Source: an uncultured Clostridia bacterium (GTDB lineage Bacteria; Bacillota; Clostridia; Christensenellales; UBA1242). Taken from it: a DNA stretch of 64,000 nucleotides. The notes beneath the pieces were generated by a model, which was given only the letters and a program-made list of their open reading frames with translations, had not been told where the DNA came from and did not search any database. The stretch spans positions 11,282 through 75,281 of the forward strand of contig CALVML010000005.1 of assembly GCA_944345705.1 (NCBI GenBank). Reading direction: 5' to 3'. Positions 55,765 through 64,000 of the stretch are shown piece after piece. The translations under genes were made by a program, and so were the position numbers. The stretch's first letter is position 1; every line of letters starts with the position of its first letter.

Positions 55765-56133
55765 ATGCAATTAAATGATATTTTTTCAGAAAAATGTTAT
55801 ATAGAAGCCGTTGAGTTTGCTAATAAAAATGGTTATGTAATAACAGAAATTGAGCCAGACGAAAATGGCAGAAGATTTCAAATACAAAGTTTTATTTTAA
55901 CAAAGGAAGAAGTTCTCGATCTTCTCAGAACAAGGCGTGAAGAGGAGTGCTTTCCTATAATTAACAGAGGTTCGCTTTGGTTCGAACAACTTACTGAAGC
56001 ACAGAAAGCAGAACTAAAAACATGGTATAAATCATGGTTAGATATAACCGACAAATATGTAGATGGAATGGATTATTTATCATTAATACCTACAAAGCCT
56101 AATTGGTTAACGACAAATAGAAATTTAGAGTAG
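55765..56133 (+). CDS. hypothetical protein downstream of the fibre (XkdW-like position)
   Basis: 122 aa, RBS AAGGAGG. No motif recognised. Confidence 0.5.
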   Translation: MQLNDIFSEKCYIEAVEFANKNGYVITEIEPDENGRRFQIQSFILTKEEVLDLLRTRREEECFPIINRGSLWFEQLTEAQKAELKTWYKSWLDITDKYVDGMDYLSLIPTKPNWLTTNRNLE

Positions 56134-56144
56134 AGGAGATTATA

Positions 56145-56570
56145 ATGGAATTCAAAATTGAAAACAACAGGGGATTTTGGTCACAAAAAACTATTGTTTG
56201 TAACGAAATGATAACATTAGTACGTAACATTGACAACAAATATGAAGTATATTTGTGTTTTAAAAATGGTGATAAAAAAGCTAAAATAAAGCCAAGTTGT
56301 GCATTTGTTATTCCAAGTGAAGTATTCATAGATGGTGTTCTTGAAACTAATGTTGAAGTATTCTTTCAAGGAACTATTATTAAACGCATACCATGCGACC
56401 GACTAATTATTCAAGACACTGATAATGAACTGAAAGCAATACCTGAAGTTGAAATATTAAAAAGCACTATAAGTGAACACGGGAATACAATAAATTATCT
56501 TAACAGTAAAGTGAAAGAGCTCAGCAATAAGCTGGACTTTTTTATTAATCTTTGGAAGGAGGAATTATGA
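56145..56570 (+). CDS. hypothetical protein (141 aa) with C-terminal coiled coil
   Basis: RBS AGAGGAG. C-terminus ISEHGNTINYLNSKVKELSNKLDFFINLW. Confidence 0.5.
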   Translation: MEFKIENNRGFWSQKTIVCNEMITLVRNIDNKYEVYLCFKNGDKKAKIKPSCAFVIPSEVFIDGVLETNVEVFFQGTIIKRIPCDRLIIQDTDNELKAIPEVEILKSTISEHGNTINYLNSKVKELSNKLDFFINLWKEEL

Positions 56571-57163
56571 TGAGTTTACTTTTGCAAGCACAATGGGTAA
56601 CTGAGGCGAGCGATTTTATAACACAAAATTGGGACAAATTATTAGGCGTACTTGGTGGCACCAGTGGTATTATTGCAATCTTATTGTTTATAGGTAAGCT
56701 TATACTTGTTTGTGTTCAAGGTAGGATCGCAAGAAAGAATGGAATACCATTGCAAAAATCATTTGATACACTAAAAACTCAAGTCACATCTGTAATAAGC
56801 GAGTTTCAATTTTCTCTGCAAACAATTATAAACGAGCAAACAGAAAAGACTAAAGAAGAGTTAAAGATTTACATACAAGAACTATTAGAGAAAGCTCAAA
56901 AAATTAAGGTTGCGCTTTATGATAAACTAATAACGGAAGGGGAAAGTGCTCAGGAGTTATTGAATGAATTAAACACAAAAATTGAAGAAGCTCAGTCTGT
57001 GCTAGAAGATAACAAAAATGAACTTGAAATTGAGCCTGTAATCGAAGAAACGCAAGAAGTTGAACAAGTGTCAATAGAAGAGGAAAAAGAGCTAGAAATG
57101 CAAGTACAGCCGGCTACAAAAGCTAAAAAAGTTAAGAAAGCAAGGCGAGTGATAGTGGAGTAA
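56567..57163 (+). CDS. single-TM protein with long acidic coiled coil (holin-like/XhlA-like position)
   Basis: ATGA-coupled start after GGAAGGAGG. TM segment LLGVLGGTSGIIAILLFIGKLILVCV. Confidence 0.5.
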   Translation: MMSLLLQAQWVTEASDFITQNWDKLLGVLGGTSGIIAILLFIGKLILVCVQGRIARKNGIPLQKSFDTLKTQVTSVISEFQFSLQTIINEQTEKTKEELKIYIQELLEKAQKIKVALYDKLITEGESAQELLNELNTKIEEAQSVLEDNKNELEIEPVIEETQEVEQVSIEEEKELEMQVQPATKAKKVKKARRVIVE

Positions 57164-57167
57164 CGCA

Positions 57168-57689
57168 ATGAAAGAAAAGAATTGGAAGTTAACTCTGTTT
57201 ACATGGTTATACAGAGTTTTTTGTTATCTTGTACCAAGTGGCTACGCTCTATATGCTTTTTTAATCAATACACTCATAAGCGAACAAACAAGCATCTGGG
57301 ATAAGGTTCGTTGCAGTGCAATTTTTGTTGTAGCTATAATTGTGATAATAGCTATTTTCTTTTATGGCAGGCATTTAAAGAAAAAAATAAATGACATTAC
57401 AAATCAATGTATTGAATGTATAGATAACTCACTTAAAGCTGATCTTGTTGCAATGAAAAAGAAATGGGAGGCAAAACAAGAAATGTTTCGTAATGCCTGT
57501 TTTGTTGCACCATTTATAATTGCTTGGTTTATAGTTTCAATGATTGAGAAACAAGTTGTATCACTTCGTGGTATGCTCATGATTGTTTCAATATCAATGT
57601 GTGCTGGTTTAGGATTTAATGGCGTAGCTCAATGGATAAAGGCTAAAAGTGGGGTAAAAGCAAATGAATCTAAAGAACAAGATAAATAG
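57168..57689 (+). CDS. 4-TM membrane protein (173 aa)
   Basis: Hydrophobic segments FCYLVPSGYALYAFLINTLI, AIFVVAIIVIIAIFFY, ACFVAPFIIAWFIVSMI, MLMIVSISMCAGLGF. Confidence 0.55.
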   Translation: MKEKNWKLTLFTWLYRVFCYLVPSGYALYAFLINTLISEQTSIWDKVRCSAIFVVAIIVIIAIFFYGRHLKKKINDITNQCIECIDNSLKADLVAMKKKWEAKQEMFRNACFVAPFIIAWFIVSMIEKQVVSLRGMLMIVSISMCAGLGFNGVAQWIKAKSGVKANESKEQDK

Positions 57690-58689
57690 TATAAATAAAA
57701 AAGATTTACTGCGAGGTATATCAGGTACACTAATTATCATCTTAGTGTTAATAGCTAATGGTTTTATGTCGTTTATCACTGTGGGTTTTGCTTTCGAGAA
57801 AATTCTTACTGCATCATATTGGGCAAGTTTTTCCATATTACTTGCTTCTGAGTTATCTGTTCTTTTTGGTATGTATCTTATACAAAAGGGTCGTGATTTA
57901 AAGAAAAAGAAAATTACAGATATACAGGATGAAATAGACAAACAGCGTAGAACTATATATGACTTAGATAAGGTGGCTGAAGCTGAAAACTGGCTAAAGG
58001 ATGTTTATAATTATCAAATTAAACTCGATTTATATGAAGATAAAATTAAATCAATATACGAATCATTGCGCGTTAAAGAACCACAAAAAGAAGACAAAAA
58101 TTATAACAAGAAAAAAATAAAATATGACAAAATAATGGCACAAAAGACGCAACTTCTAGAACAACTTGATTTTATAAAAAAAGACCGAAAACGTTTAAAC
58201 TTGATTATAAATAAAAGTGATACACATGAGATTGCAGAACTTAATGAGACGCTCAATACTGACAAATATAAATTTCGAACAGCCAAAATACATTATAAGC
58301 CTATTTATTGGGGAAACTTATTGTCCGATGTAGAAGAAACTAAAACTAAACCGGTGTCTGCTTTTTTCGATGAAAAGATTGAGCTTACAAAAAGTGTCTC
58401 AAAATACATTGCGACAGGTCTTTTATCGGCTGGATTTGTTTCTTGTTTAATATTTCCGACTTTTAATTCTCTTGGATGGAATACTGTTCTTAGCCTTCTT
58501 GTCAATCTAGTAACATTGATTGTCTTTATGATTAAAGGTATTGGATTATCAAATAAAATCATACTTGGTAAATATTATAAAGCTCTTGAAAGTCGTAAGT
58601 CAATTTATACCAAAATGCTAAAAGATTTAGGTGTTTCAAAGATTGTAATTGAAGACGAGGATGTCAATGAAACTGAAAACTTGGGTTAA
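57664..58689 (+). CDS. membrane protein with 2+2 TM segments flanking a long coiled coil (341 aa)
   Basis: An N-terminal TM pair, about 170 aa of K/E-rich coiled coil, then a C-terminal TM pair. Confidence 0.55.
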   Translation: MNLKNKINSINKKDLLRGISGTLIIILVLIANGFMSFITVGFAFEKILTASYWASFSILLASELSVLFGMYLIQKGRDLKKKKITDIQDEIDKQRRTIYDLDKVAEAENWLKDVYNYQIKLDLYEDKIKSIYESLRVKEPQKEDKNYNKKKIKYDKIMAQKTQLLEQLDFIKKDRKRLNLIINKSDTHEIAELNETLNTDKYKFRTAKIHYKPIYWGNLLSDVEETKTKPVSAFFDEKIELTKSVSKYIATGLLSAGFVSCLIFPTFNSLGWNTVLSLLVNLVTLIVFMIKGIGLSNKIILGKYYKALESRKSIYTKMLKDLGVSKIVIEDEDVNETENLG

Positions 58690-59368
58690 GAGGGTTATTC
58701 TTATTTTATGCATAGTATTAATTTCAGCGTTATCATGGATAACACTTAATAATTTAGGAATAACTTCTATAGAAGGATTAAGAAAACTTATTTCATCTTG
58801 TGGGAGTTGGAGCTTGGTAGTATTTGTATTATTGCAAGTATTAGTGACAACATTATTATGCTTTGTTCCTGCTACAAGTATGACTTTCATTATAGTATCA
58901 ATTATTTTATTTGGTGCATGGAAAGGATTTTTAATCTCTTTGGCTGGTGTAATCTTATCAAGCATGGCAATGTTTTTGATAGGTAGATTTGGTGGAGAGA
59001 AAATAGCTGTCAAAATGGTAGGTGAAGAAACTCTAAAGAAAGCGCAAGACTTGATTGCTGTTAAATCAAAAATATACTTACCAATAATGTTCTTATTTCC
59101 ATTTTTCCCAGATGATGCACTTTGTATGGTGGCAGGTATAACAAAAATGCGTTGGTGGGAATTTCTACTGATAGTTGTATGTTGCCGAACCGTTGGTGTG
59201 GCTATGACTTGCTTTTTAGGAAGTAACCTAATCAATTGGTCTAATCTTACGATAATTGACTGGTTTGTGTTCATTTCGGTATGCTTAATAGACTTATATA
59301 TTATTTATAGACTTGCGGATAAATTAGAAAAGAAAATAAGAGAGAAGAAAGATAAAGGGAAAGAGTAA
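58667..59368 (+). CDS. TVP38/TMEM64 (DedA/VTT-domain) family membrane protein
   Basis: FVPATSMTFIIVSIILFGAWKGFLISLAGVILSSMAMFLIGRFGGEKI and FPFFPDDALCMVAGITKM resemble the VTT-domain core. The start is chosen 6 nt after GAGG. Confidence 0.6.
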   Translation: MKLKTWVKRVILILCIVLISALSWITLNNLGITSIEGLRKLISSCGSWSLVVFVLLQVLVTTLLCFVPATSMTFIIVSIILFGAWKGFLISLAGVILSSMAMFLIGRFGGEKIAVKMVGEETLKKAQDLIAVKSKIYLPIMFLFPFFPDDALCMVAGITKMRWWEFLLIVVCCRTVGVAMTCFLGSNLINWSNLTIIDWFVFISVCLIDLYIIYRLADKLEKKIREKKDKGKE

Positions 59369-59386
59369 AATCTTTCCCTTATTTTT
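59357..59386 (+). terminator. intrinsic terminator after the last prophage gene
   Basis: GGGAAAGA (59357-59364)-GTAAAA-TCTTTCCC (59371-59378), then TTATTTTT. Confidence 0.7.
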
Positions 59387-59389
59387 GTT

Positions 59390-59417
59390 TTGTCAATCAT
59401 GTTAAATATGCTATAAT
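59390..59417 (+). promoter_or_regulatory. outward-facing promoter-like element at the prophage right end
   Basis: TTGTCA (59390-59395), 16 nt, extended -10 TGcTATAAT (59409-59417). No CDS follows before attR. Confidence 0.4.
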
Positions 59418-59479
59418 AATCGTGATGGAGAAGTGGGTATACATACCTGTGGTATAAAAAGTAAAAATAGAATACTTTT

Positions 59480-59510
59480 TTTAGTCACATTTTTAGGCAC
59501 AAAAATATAA
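59480..59510 (+). repeat. candidate integrase arm-type site (P side)
   Basis: TTTAGTCACATTTTTAGGCACAAAAATATAA, an imperfect direct repeat of 23585-23615. Confidence 0.45.
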
Positions 59511-59601
59511 TTTTTGTTGCAAAATAACCCTTTTTAATCGATTTTATTGATTAAAATCAGTTAAAATATTGTAAAATATAATAAAATAATGATACCTTTA
59601 C

Positions 59602-59621
59602 AATCCCACCGTCTCCGCCAA
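59602..59621 (+). repeat. attR core (displaced copy of the tRNA-Ser 3' end)
   Basis: AATCCCACCGTCTCCGCCAA, identical to 23508-23527. There is no tRNA body upstream of it. Confidence 0.85.
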
Positions 59622-59662
59622 AAGTTCTTTTAGTGTACTTTTTTCATATAGGGAGGAGGAAA

Positions 59663-60526
59663 ATGGTGAACACTTTTTGGTCTGAAACTGTACAATCAAC
59701 TCAACTTTTAGACACTTCTCGCAAAGAAAAATTCAATGTTTATAATAGAAAATTGTGGTTTAATCTCTTGCATATCCAAAACAACTTGAAGATTTTGGAA
59801 GTTGGCTGTGGAAGCGGGCATTTTACCAATATGATTAAAAAATATTATCCAACTTGCGATGTTTATGGCATTGATTTAGATAATAATCATATAAAATTTG
59901 CCAAAAATGAAAGCAAACGACTTAATATTGATGTCAATTATCAAGTTGCAGATGTTTCGCATTTGCCTTTTGAAGATAATAGTTTTGATATCGTATTTTC
60001 GCATACACTTATTGAACACTTGCCTTTTGATGACTTTATCAAAGAGCAGAAAAGAGTTTTGAAAAAGGGTGGAAAACTTGTCATTATGCGTGTTGACATG
60101 ATCAAGAACAATGATAAACCTTTTTTGTATTTGGAAGATGAAATCAACAAGGTCTATAGTGGTATAAGTTATCCTAAGATTGCAGGCGTTGGAGAGTATG
60201 TAGAAGATCCAGATTTAACAATGCAAAGACTATATCAATACAATTTTAAGAATATAAATTTTAATTATAATAGAATAATTTACTATATGCCAGATGTCGA
60301 GTCTAAAAAGCAAATTGCAATAAGCCAAATTGAAAGAAATTATCAAACAAAACTTTCCTATGCCAATTTTGTAATAAATAGAAGCAAGGTAGACTCTAAT
60401 ACAAAAAATAAACTTCTATCCTTGCTGAAAAGTCAATACGAAGAAAGATTAAGGCTTTTGGCTGCAAATCAAAAGATCTTTGATTTTCAATCTTCTTTGC
60501 TAATAACTATTAGTGCAAATAAATAA
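59663..60526 (+). CDS. class I SAM-dependent methyltransferase
   Basis: Start at the ATG after GGGAGGAGG. Motif I ILEVGCGSGHFT, DVYGIDLD, FDIVFSHTLIEHL. Confidence 0.8.
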   Translation: MVNTFWSETVQSTQLLDTSRKEKFNVYNRKLWFNLLHIQNNLKILEVGCGSGHFTNMIKKYYPTCDVYGIDLDNNHIKFAKNESKRLNIDVNYQVADVSHLPFEDNSFDIVFSHTLIEHLPFDDFIKEQKRVLKKGGKLVIMRVDMIKNNDKPFLYLEDEINKVYSGISYPKIAGVGEYVEDPDLTMQRLYQYNFKNINFNYNRIIYYMPDVESKKQIAISQIERNYQTKLSYANFVINRSKVDSNTKNKLLSLLKSQYEERLRLLAANQKIFDFQSSLLITISANK

Positions 60527-60567
60527 AAAAGTGTATTCGGTATTTAATTTAAATCACTTTGCAAATT

Positions 60568-60600
60568 AAATCCGCTAAAGCAGAACTTAGCGGATTTTTA
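60568..60600 (+). terminator. intrinsic terminator after the methyltransferase gene
   Basis: 11-bp stem AAATCCGCTAA / TTAGCGGATTT, then a T-run. Confidence 0.75.
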
Positions 60601-60614
60601 ATTTTCAATATTAG

Positions 60615-60643
60615 TTGACAAGATATATATAATATGTTATACT
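60615..60643 (+). promoter_or_regulatory. promoter of the ABC transporter operon
   Basis: TTGACA (60615-60620), 17 nt, extended -10 TGtTATACT (60635-60643). This places the ORF-track ATG at 60634 upstream of the likely TSS. Confidence 0.55.
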
Positions 60644-60666
60644 TGATCTATCTTTGTTGGAGAGTT

Positions 60667-61581
60667 ATGAATAACATAATTGAAATAAAAAATCTAATAA
60701 AATATTTTGGAGATGTACATGCTGTCGACGATATCTCTTTTTCTGTACAAGAGGGTGAACTCTTTGCTTTTTTAGGTTTAAATGGTGCTGGTAAAAGTAC
60801 AACTATCAATGTTTTAGTTGGAGTAGAGAAAAGAGATAGTGGAGATTGTTTAGTAAATGGTATATCGATAGATAATATATCAAAAATTTTACCAACTATT
60901 GGAATAGTTTTTCAATTTTCAATGCTGGATAATAAACTTACTGTATATGATAATATACGATATAGGGCGATGTTATATGGCTTAAATAAGGACGAGTTTA
61001 AAGAAAACTTGAATTTTTTAATAGAAAAAATGGATCTTAAAGATATACTGAAAAAACAATTAGGTAAATTGAGTGGCGGACAAAAGCGAAAGGTAGATAT
61101 AGTTCGCGCATTGATACATAACCCTAAAATTTTAATTTTAGACGAGCCAACAACGGGACTAGATCCTAGAACAAGAAAGACTGTATGGAATTTAATAAAC
61201 GAGTTAAGGTCGACAAAGGGACTTACCGTTTTATTAACTACTCATTATATGGAAGAAGCAAGTATCGCCGATAATGTTGTTATAATAGATAGTGGCAAAA
61301 TTGTTGCTGAAGGCTCTCCGATAACATTAAAAAACAAATTTGCAAATGATTATCTAAAGATATATAAATATGATAAAAGTCTTGAAGAAATTGTAAAAAA
61401 TATTGACATTCCATTTAAAATTAATAAAGAATACCTAGAAATAAAATTCAAATCTACACAAGATGCAAAGAATTTTTTAGTCAAGTATAATGCTCTTATT
61501 CAAGATCTAGAGATTGTCAAAGGATCAATGGATGATGTCTTCTTGGCTGTTACTGGAAAAAATTTAAAGGAGAATATATGA
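60667..61581 (+). CDS. ABC transporter ATP-binding protein (ABC-2/DrrA-like)
   Basis: Walker A GLNGAGKST, signature LSGGQKRK, Walker B ILILDEPTTGLD, H-loop LTTHYMEE. Confidence 0.92.
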   Translation: MNNIIEIKNLIKYFGDVHAVDDISFSVQEGELFAFLGLNGAGKSTTINVLVGVEKRDSGDCLVNGISIDNISKILPTIGIVFQFSMLDNKLTVYDNIRYRAMLYGLNKDEFKENLNFLIEKMDLKDILKKQLGKLSGGQKRKVDIVRALIHNPKILILDEPTTGLDPRTRKTVWNLINELRSTKGLTVLLTTHYMEEASIADNVVIIDSGKIVAEGSPITLKNKFANDYLKIYKYDKSLEEIVKNIDIPFKINKEYLEIKFKSTQDAKNFLVKYNALIQDLEIVKGSMDDVFLAVTGKNLKENI

Positions 61582-62507
61582 ATTTCAAGTTAGAGCTAAA
61601 AAAGCTCAGATATTTAACTTCAAGAAATGTTAAGATATACTTTAAAGATAAAATGACATTTTTTGTTTCTCTAATTACACCGATAATTCTGCTTTTACTT
61701 TTTATTCTTTTTTTAAAATCAACTTATGAAGATAATATTTTTAATATACTTGCAGACTATGAAGTGGATAAGAAGATCATTGATGCTTTTACTGGGGGTT
61801 GGCTTTTTTCTTCTATACTCTCTGTATCCTGTATAACCGTTGCATTCTGCTCTGGTATGATGGTAATAGATAAGATTAATAGAACCAATATAGATTTTAT
61901 GGTTACGCCTATAAAAAAATCGACCCTTAAAATCAGTTATGTATTATCTAATTTATTTTCAACCTTAATTGTATGTTTTGTTTTGCTTATCATCGGTCTT
62001 ATATATCTTGCAATTGTAGGTTTTTATATTTCTTTTGTAGACATTTTATTGATCATATTTAGTATTATAATTACTTCACTTTTTGGTACACTGCTTGCAA
62101 ATATCATTTGGTATTTTACTCATTCGCAAGGGGTGTTGAGTGGAGTATGTACACTTGTATCTGCATTGTATGGTTTTATATGTGGGGCATATATGCCTAT
62201 TAGTTCTATGGGAACAGGAATGCAAAGCTTTGTTTCTTTTTTGCCAGGGACCTATGCTACAGTTTTATTTAGGCACAGTTTTTTAAATGGTTCGTTAAAA
62301 GAAATGAGCAAATCAATTCCAGCAGAAATTGTCGATGGTATTGCTTCAGGGTTTGATGTTAAGATGTCTTTTTTTGGCAATGATGTTTCTTTACTAGCAC
62401 TAATTTTAGTAATAACCTTATCAACAATTTTGCTTCTAGGCATATATCTCTTGCTTTCAAATGTAAAGTTGAGGAAAAGAATACGTGTGAAAAATAAAAA
62501 TAAATAA
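61578..62507 (+). CDS. ABC-2 type transporter permease
   Basis: ATGA-coupled to the ATPase gene. 309 aa with about 6 hydrophobic segments. Confidence 0.8.
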   Translation: MNFKLELKKLRYLTSRNVKIYFKDKMTFFVSLITPIILLLLFILFLKSTYEDNIFNILADYEVDKKIIDAFTGGWLFSSILSVSCITVAFCSGMMVIDKINRTNIDFMVTPIKKSTLKISYVLSNLFSTLIVCFVLLIIGLIYLAIVGFYISFVDILLIIFSIIITSLFGTLLANIIWYFTHSQGVLSGVCTLVSALYGFICGAYMPISSMGTGMQSFVSFLPGTYATVLFRHSFLNGSLKEMSKSIPAEIVDGIASGFDVKMSFFGNDVSLLALILVITLSTILLLGIYLLLSNVKLRKRIRVKNKNK

Positions 62508-62523
62508 AAGGAGTTTGAATATT

Positions 62524-62997
62524 ATGAGTGATGTTGCAGTTTTTGTTGATGGCATTAAATTTAATTTTAGGGTAAGTGCACTTATTGAAAACAAAGGGCG
62601 ATATCTTCTCGAAAAGAGCATAAAAACTGATTTTTTAAATATGCCAGGTGGAAGGGTCCATGCAGGTGAAAGTACACTTGATGCCATTAAGAGAGAACTA
62701 GAGGAAGAATTAAAACTTGAAAATGTTGCACCTAAACTAATAAAGATTTCAGAGCAATTTTTTGTTTTTGATAATACAAAGTATCATGAGTTAAATTTTG
62801 TTTACTATGTTAAATTAAAAAACAACAATCCTCTTGCACAAAGTGACAATATACAAAATTATGACAACCAAACTCAAACAATGGTTTGGATAAAAAGAAA
62901 GGATCTTAATAAATACAAAATATTGCCTGAATTTATATATACTATTAAAAAATCTAGAAAAATCTCTCATCTTGTTAAAAAAGAGATAGAAAAATAA
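62524..62997 (+). CDS. NUDIX hydrolase
   Basis: Start after AAAGGAG. Nudix box GGRVHAGESTLDAIKRELEEELKL (Gx5Ex7REuxEExGu). Confidence 0.85.
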   Translation: MSDVAVFVDGIKFNFRVSALIENKGRYLLEKSIKTDFLNMPGGRVHAGESTLDAIKRELEEELKLENVAPKLIKISEQFFVFDNTKYHELNFVYYVKLKNNNPLAQSDNIQNYDNQTQTMVWIKRKDLNKYKILPEFIYTIKKSRKISHLVKKEIEK

Positions 62998-63103
62998 ATA
63001 TTAGTATTGACAAAGGCTAAAATGTTTTTGCGAAGTCTTAAAGATTTCGCTTTTTTCTTTTAAATATATTGAATATATGATAAACTAAATTTAAGGAGAA
63101 AGC

Positions 63104-63412
63104 ATGATTGGTGAATTTAAGGTTATCACGCTGTGTGGAAGTGCCAGGTTTAAAGATGAATTTAGAAAGCAAGAACAGATTTTGTCACTCGAAGGATATA
63201 TGGTTTTATCGCCTATATTTTTTGATGAAGAAATACAAACTAAACTTGAACGAACGAAACTAGAAATGCTTAAACTTATGCACTATAGAAGAATAGATTT
63301 GTCTGATGAAATCTTAGTTATAAACAAAAACGGCTATATAGGCGAAAGCACAAAAAAAGAAATTGATTATGCGCGTAATCATAGTAAAATTGTAAATTTT
63401 ATAGAAAATTAG
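63104..63412 (+). CDS. conserved hypothetical protein (nucleoside 2-deoxyribosyltransferase-like fold suspected)
   Basis: RBS AAGGAGAA. VITLCGSARFKDEF...LSDEILVINKNGYIGESTKKEIDYA recalls small Rossmann-like proteins. The function is not established. Confidence 0.5.
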   Translation: MIGEFKVITLCGSARFKDEFRKQEQILSLEGYMVLSPIFFDEEIQTKLERTKLEMLKLMHYRRIDLSDEILVINKNGYIGESTKKEIDYARNHSKIVNFIEN

Positions 63413-63614
63413 GAAAAAATTTATAAAAATTTTGTATTTTTTATATTTTTATGGTTTTATTGCTGGCATTTTGTATATAAAATGAGTGCAATATGAGATT
63501 TTATTATTTAAATATAGATAAGCGTAACAAAGTGTAGATATTTTAGTGAAAAATTGCTTTCTTTTTAATATTCCCTTTGTTAAAATAAAAAATGTAAAAA
63601 GGGGGAAGAAAAAA

Positions 63615-64000
63615 ATGAATAATATATCAAGAAAACTAAAAGAAATAAGAGAAAAGAATAATTTAACTCAAAAAGCGTTTGCAAAGAAATTTTATGTTAC
63701 AGAAAAGACAATCTCAAATTATGAGCATGAAAGAAGAAGTCCAGATCTATATTTTTTGACTAAGGTTTGTCAGGAATTTAATCTTCCATTTGATACATTT
63801 GTGGAAAGTGAAAGGAAACCTAGTTTATTTCAAGATCTAACTATAGTTGAGAAAAATGGCAAATATGGAGTATTTGATAAAAAGCAGTGCAAATATTTAG
63901 CACCTACCATTTATGATCATATCCTTTTATCTCAGTCTGGCTACCATATTGTTTGCAAATGCAAAAAGCCAATGACACTCACTGAATACGCAAAATTGGC
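63615..64000 (+). CDS. XRE-family HTH protein, N-terminal part (continues beyond the window)
   Basis: ATG after GGGGGAAG. LTQKAFAKKFYVTEKTISNYEHERRSPD HTH, then GKYGVFDKKQ (WG/KWG-like repeat). There is no stop before 64000. Confidence 0.7.
   Translation, partial: MNNISRKLKEIREKNNLTQKAFAKKFYVTEKTISNYEHERRSPDLYFLTKVCQEFNLPFDTFVESERKPSLFQDLTIVEKNGKYGVFDKKQCKYLAPTIYDHILLSQSGYHIVCKCKKPMTLTEYAKL

Larger units (their letters stand above)
23508..59621. mobile_element. integrated temperate phage (about 36.1 kb) in the 3' end of tRNA-Ser
   Basis: Bounded by a 20-bp direct repeat, AATCCCACCGTCTCCGCCAA. The integrase lies next to the tRNA, and the lysogeny, recombination, replication, packaging, head and tail modules are colinear. 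Confidence 0.9.

Noticed and set aside
58636-59274. 212-aa minus-strand ORF
   Set aside because: It is antisense to the TVP38/DedA-like gene, which has family-type motifs, a coupled start and a terminator. The antisense ORF is probably a by-product of the codon composition of the sense strand.
1-64000. Alternative genetic code (UGA = Trp), as in Mycoplasma/Spiroplasma
   Set aside because: TGA ends many coupled genes (ATGA overlaps at 30500, 31085, 31795, 56568 and 61578), Trp is encoded by TGG throughout, and all conserved genes read through cleanly in the standard code.
1-64000. CRISPR arrays, IS elements/transposases, rRNA genes, and reverse transcriptase/DGR near the fibre
   Set aside because: There are no regularly spaced repeats, no DDE or serine recombinase ORFs other than the phage integrase, no RT motifs, and no template/variable repeat pair around the fibre C-terminus.

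Overview
Low-GC, standard-code (TGA is a stop, Trp is TGG) Firmicutes/Mollicutes-like chromosome segment. Coordinates 1-23.5 kb and 59.6-64 kb are host. The host part holds two unknown minus-strand genes, secA, an orphan HicB-like gene and the conserved rpmG-secE-nusG-rplK-rplA cluster. It also holds a BspA-type LRR protein with a decayed 3' end, a 2888-aa surface protein with an N-terminal signal/anchor and a C-terminal TM anchor, a divergent GT2+TPR glycosyltransferase, a nucleoside hydrolase and tRNA-Ser(CGA). Right of the prophage lie a methyltransferase, an ABC-2 exporter pair, a NUDIX hydrolase and an XRE regulator. A 36.1-kb prophage (23508-59621) is integrated into the 3' end of tRNA-Ser and is bounded by a 20-bp direct repeat. 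Its modules in order are: lysogeny (int, membrane protein, CI/S24 repressor, cro), recombination (PD-(D/E)XK nuclease, ERF, SSB, NinB-like), replication organizer, many small early genes (PAPS-reductase-like, Gp37/Gp68 DUF5131), an ArpU/RinA-like late regulator, terS/terL/portal/MuF/scaffold/capsid, tail genes and a long fibre. Six things seem most worth a second look. (1) An AT-rich accessory island sits between tail genes, with four small multi-TM proteins followed by a self-contained ABC-type ATPase + RloB/TOPRIM-like pair that looks like a defence cassette. (2) The MuF head protein carries a C-terminal RadC/JAB-like domain and is followed by a small partner ORF. (3) I see no recognisable endolysin, tail lysin or tape measure, and the right arm is made of membrane proteins including a TVP38/DedA-like one; this fits a wall-less host but could also mean a decayed prophage. 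(4) A roughly 220-nt relatively GC-rich leader lies between the late regulator and terS, with tandem repeats, competing pairings and an intrinsic terminator. (5) Arm-type repeats flank the att core. (6) Conserved junction oligonucleotides recur at early gene boundaries. All family calls come from motif recognition by eye; no searches were run.
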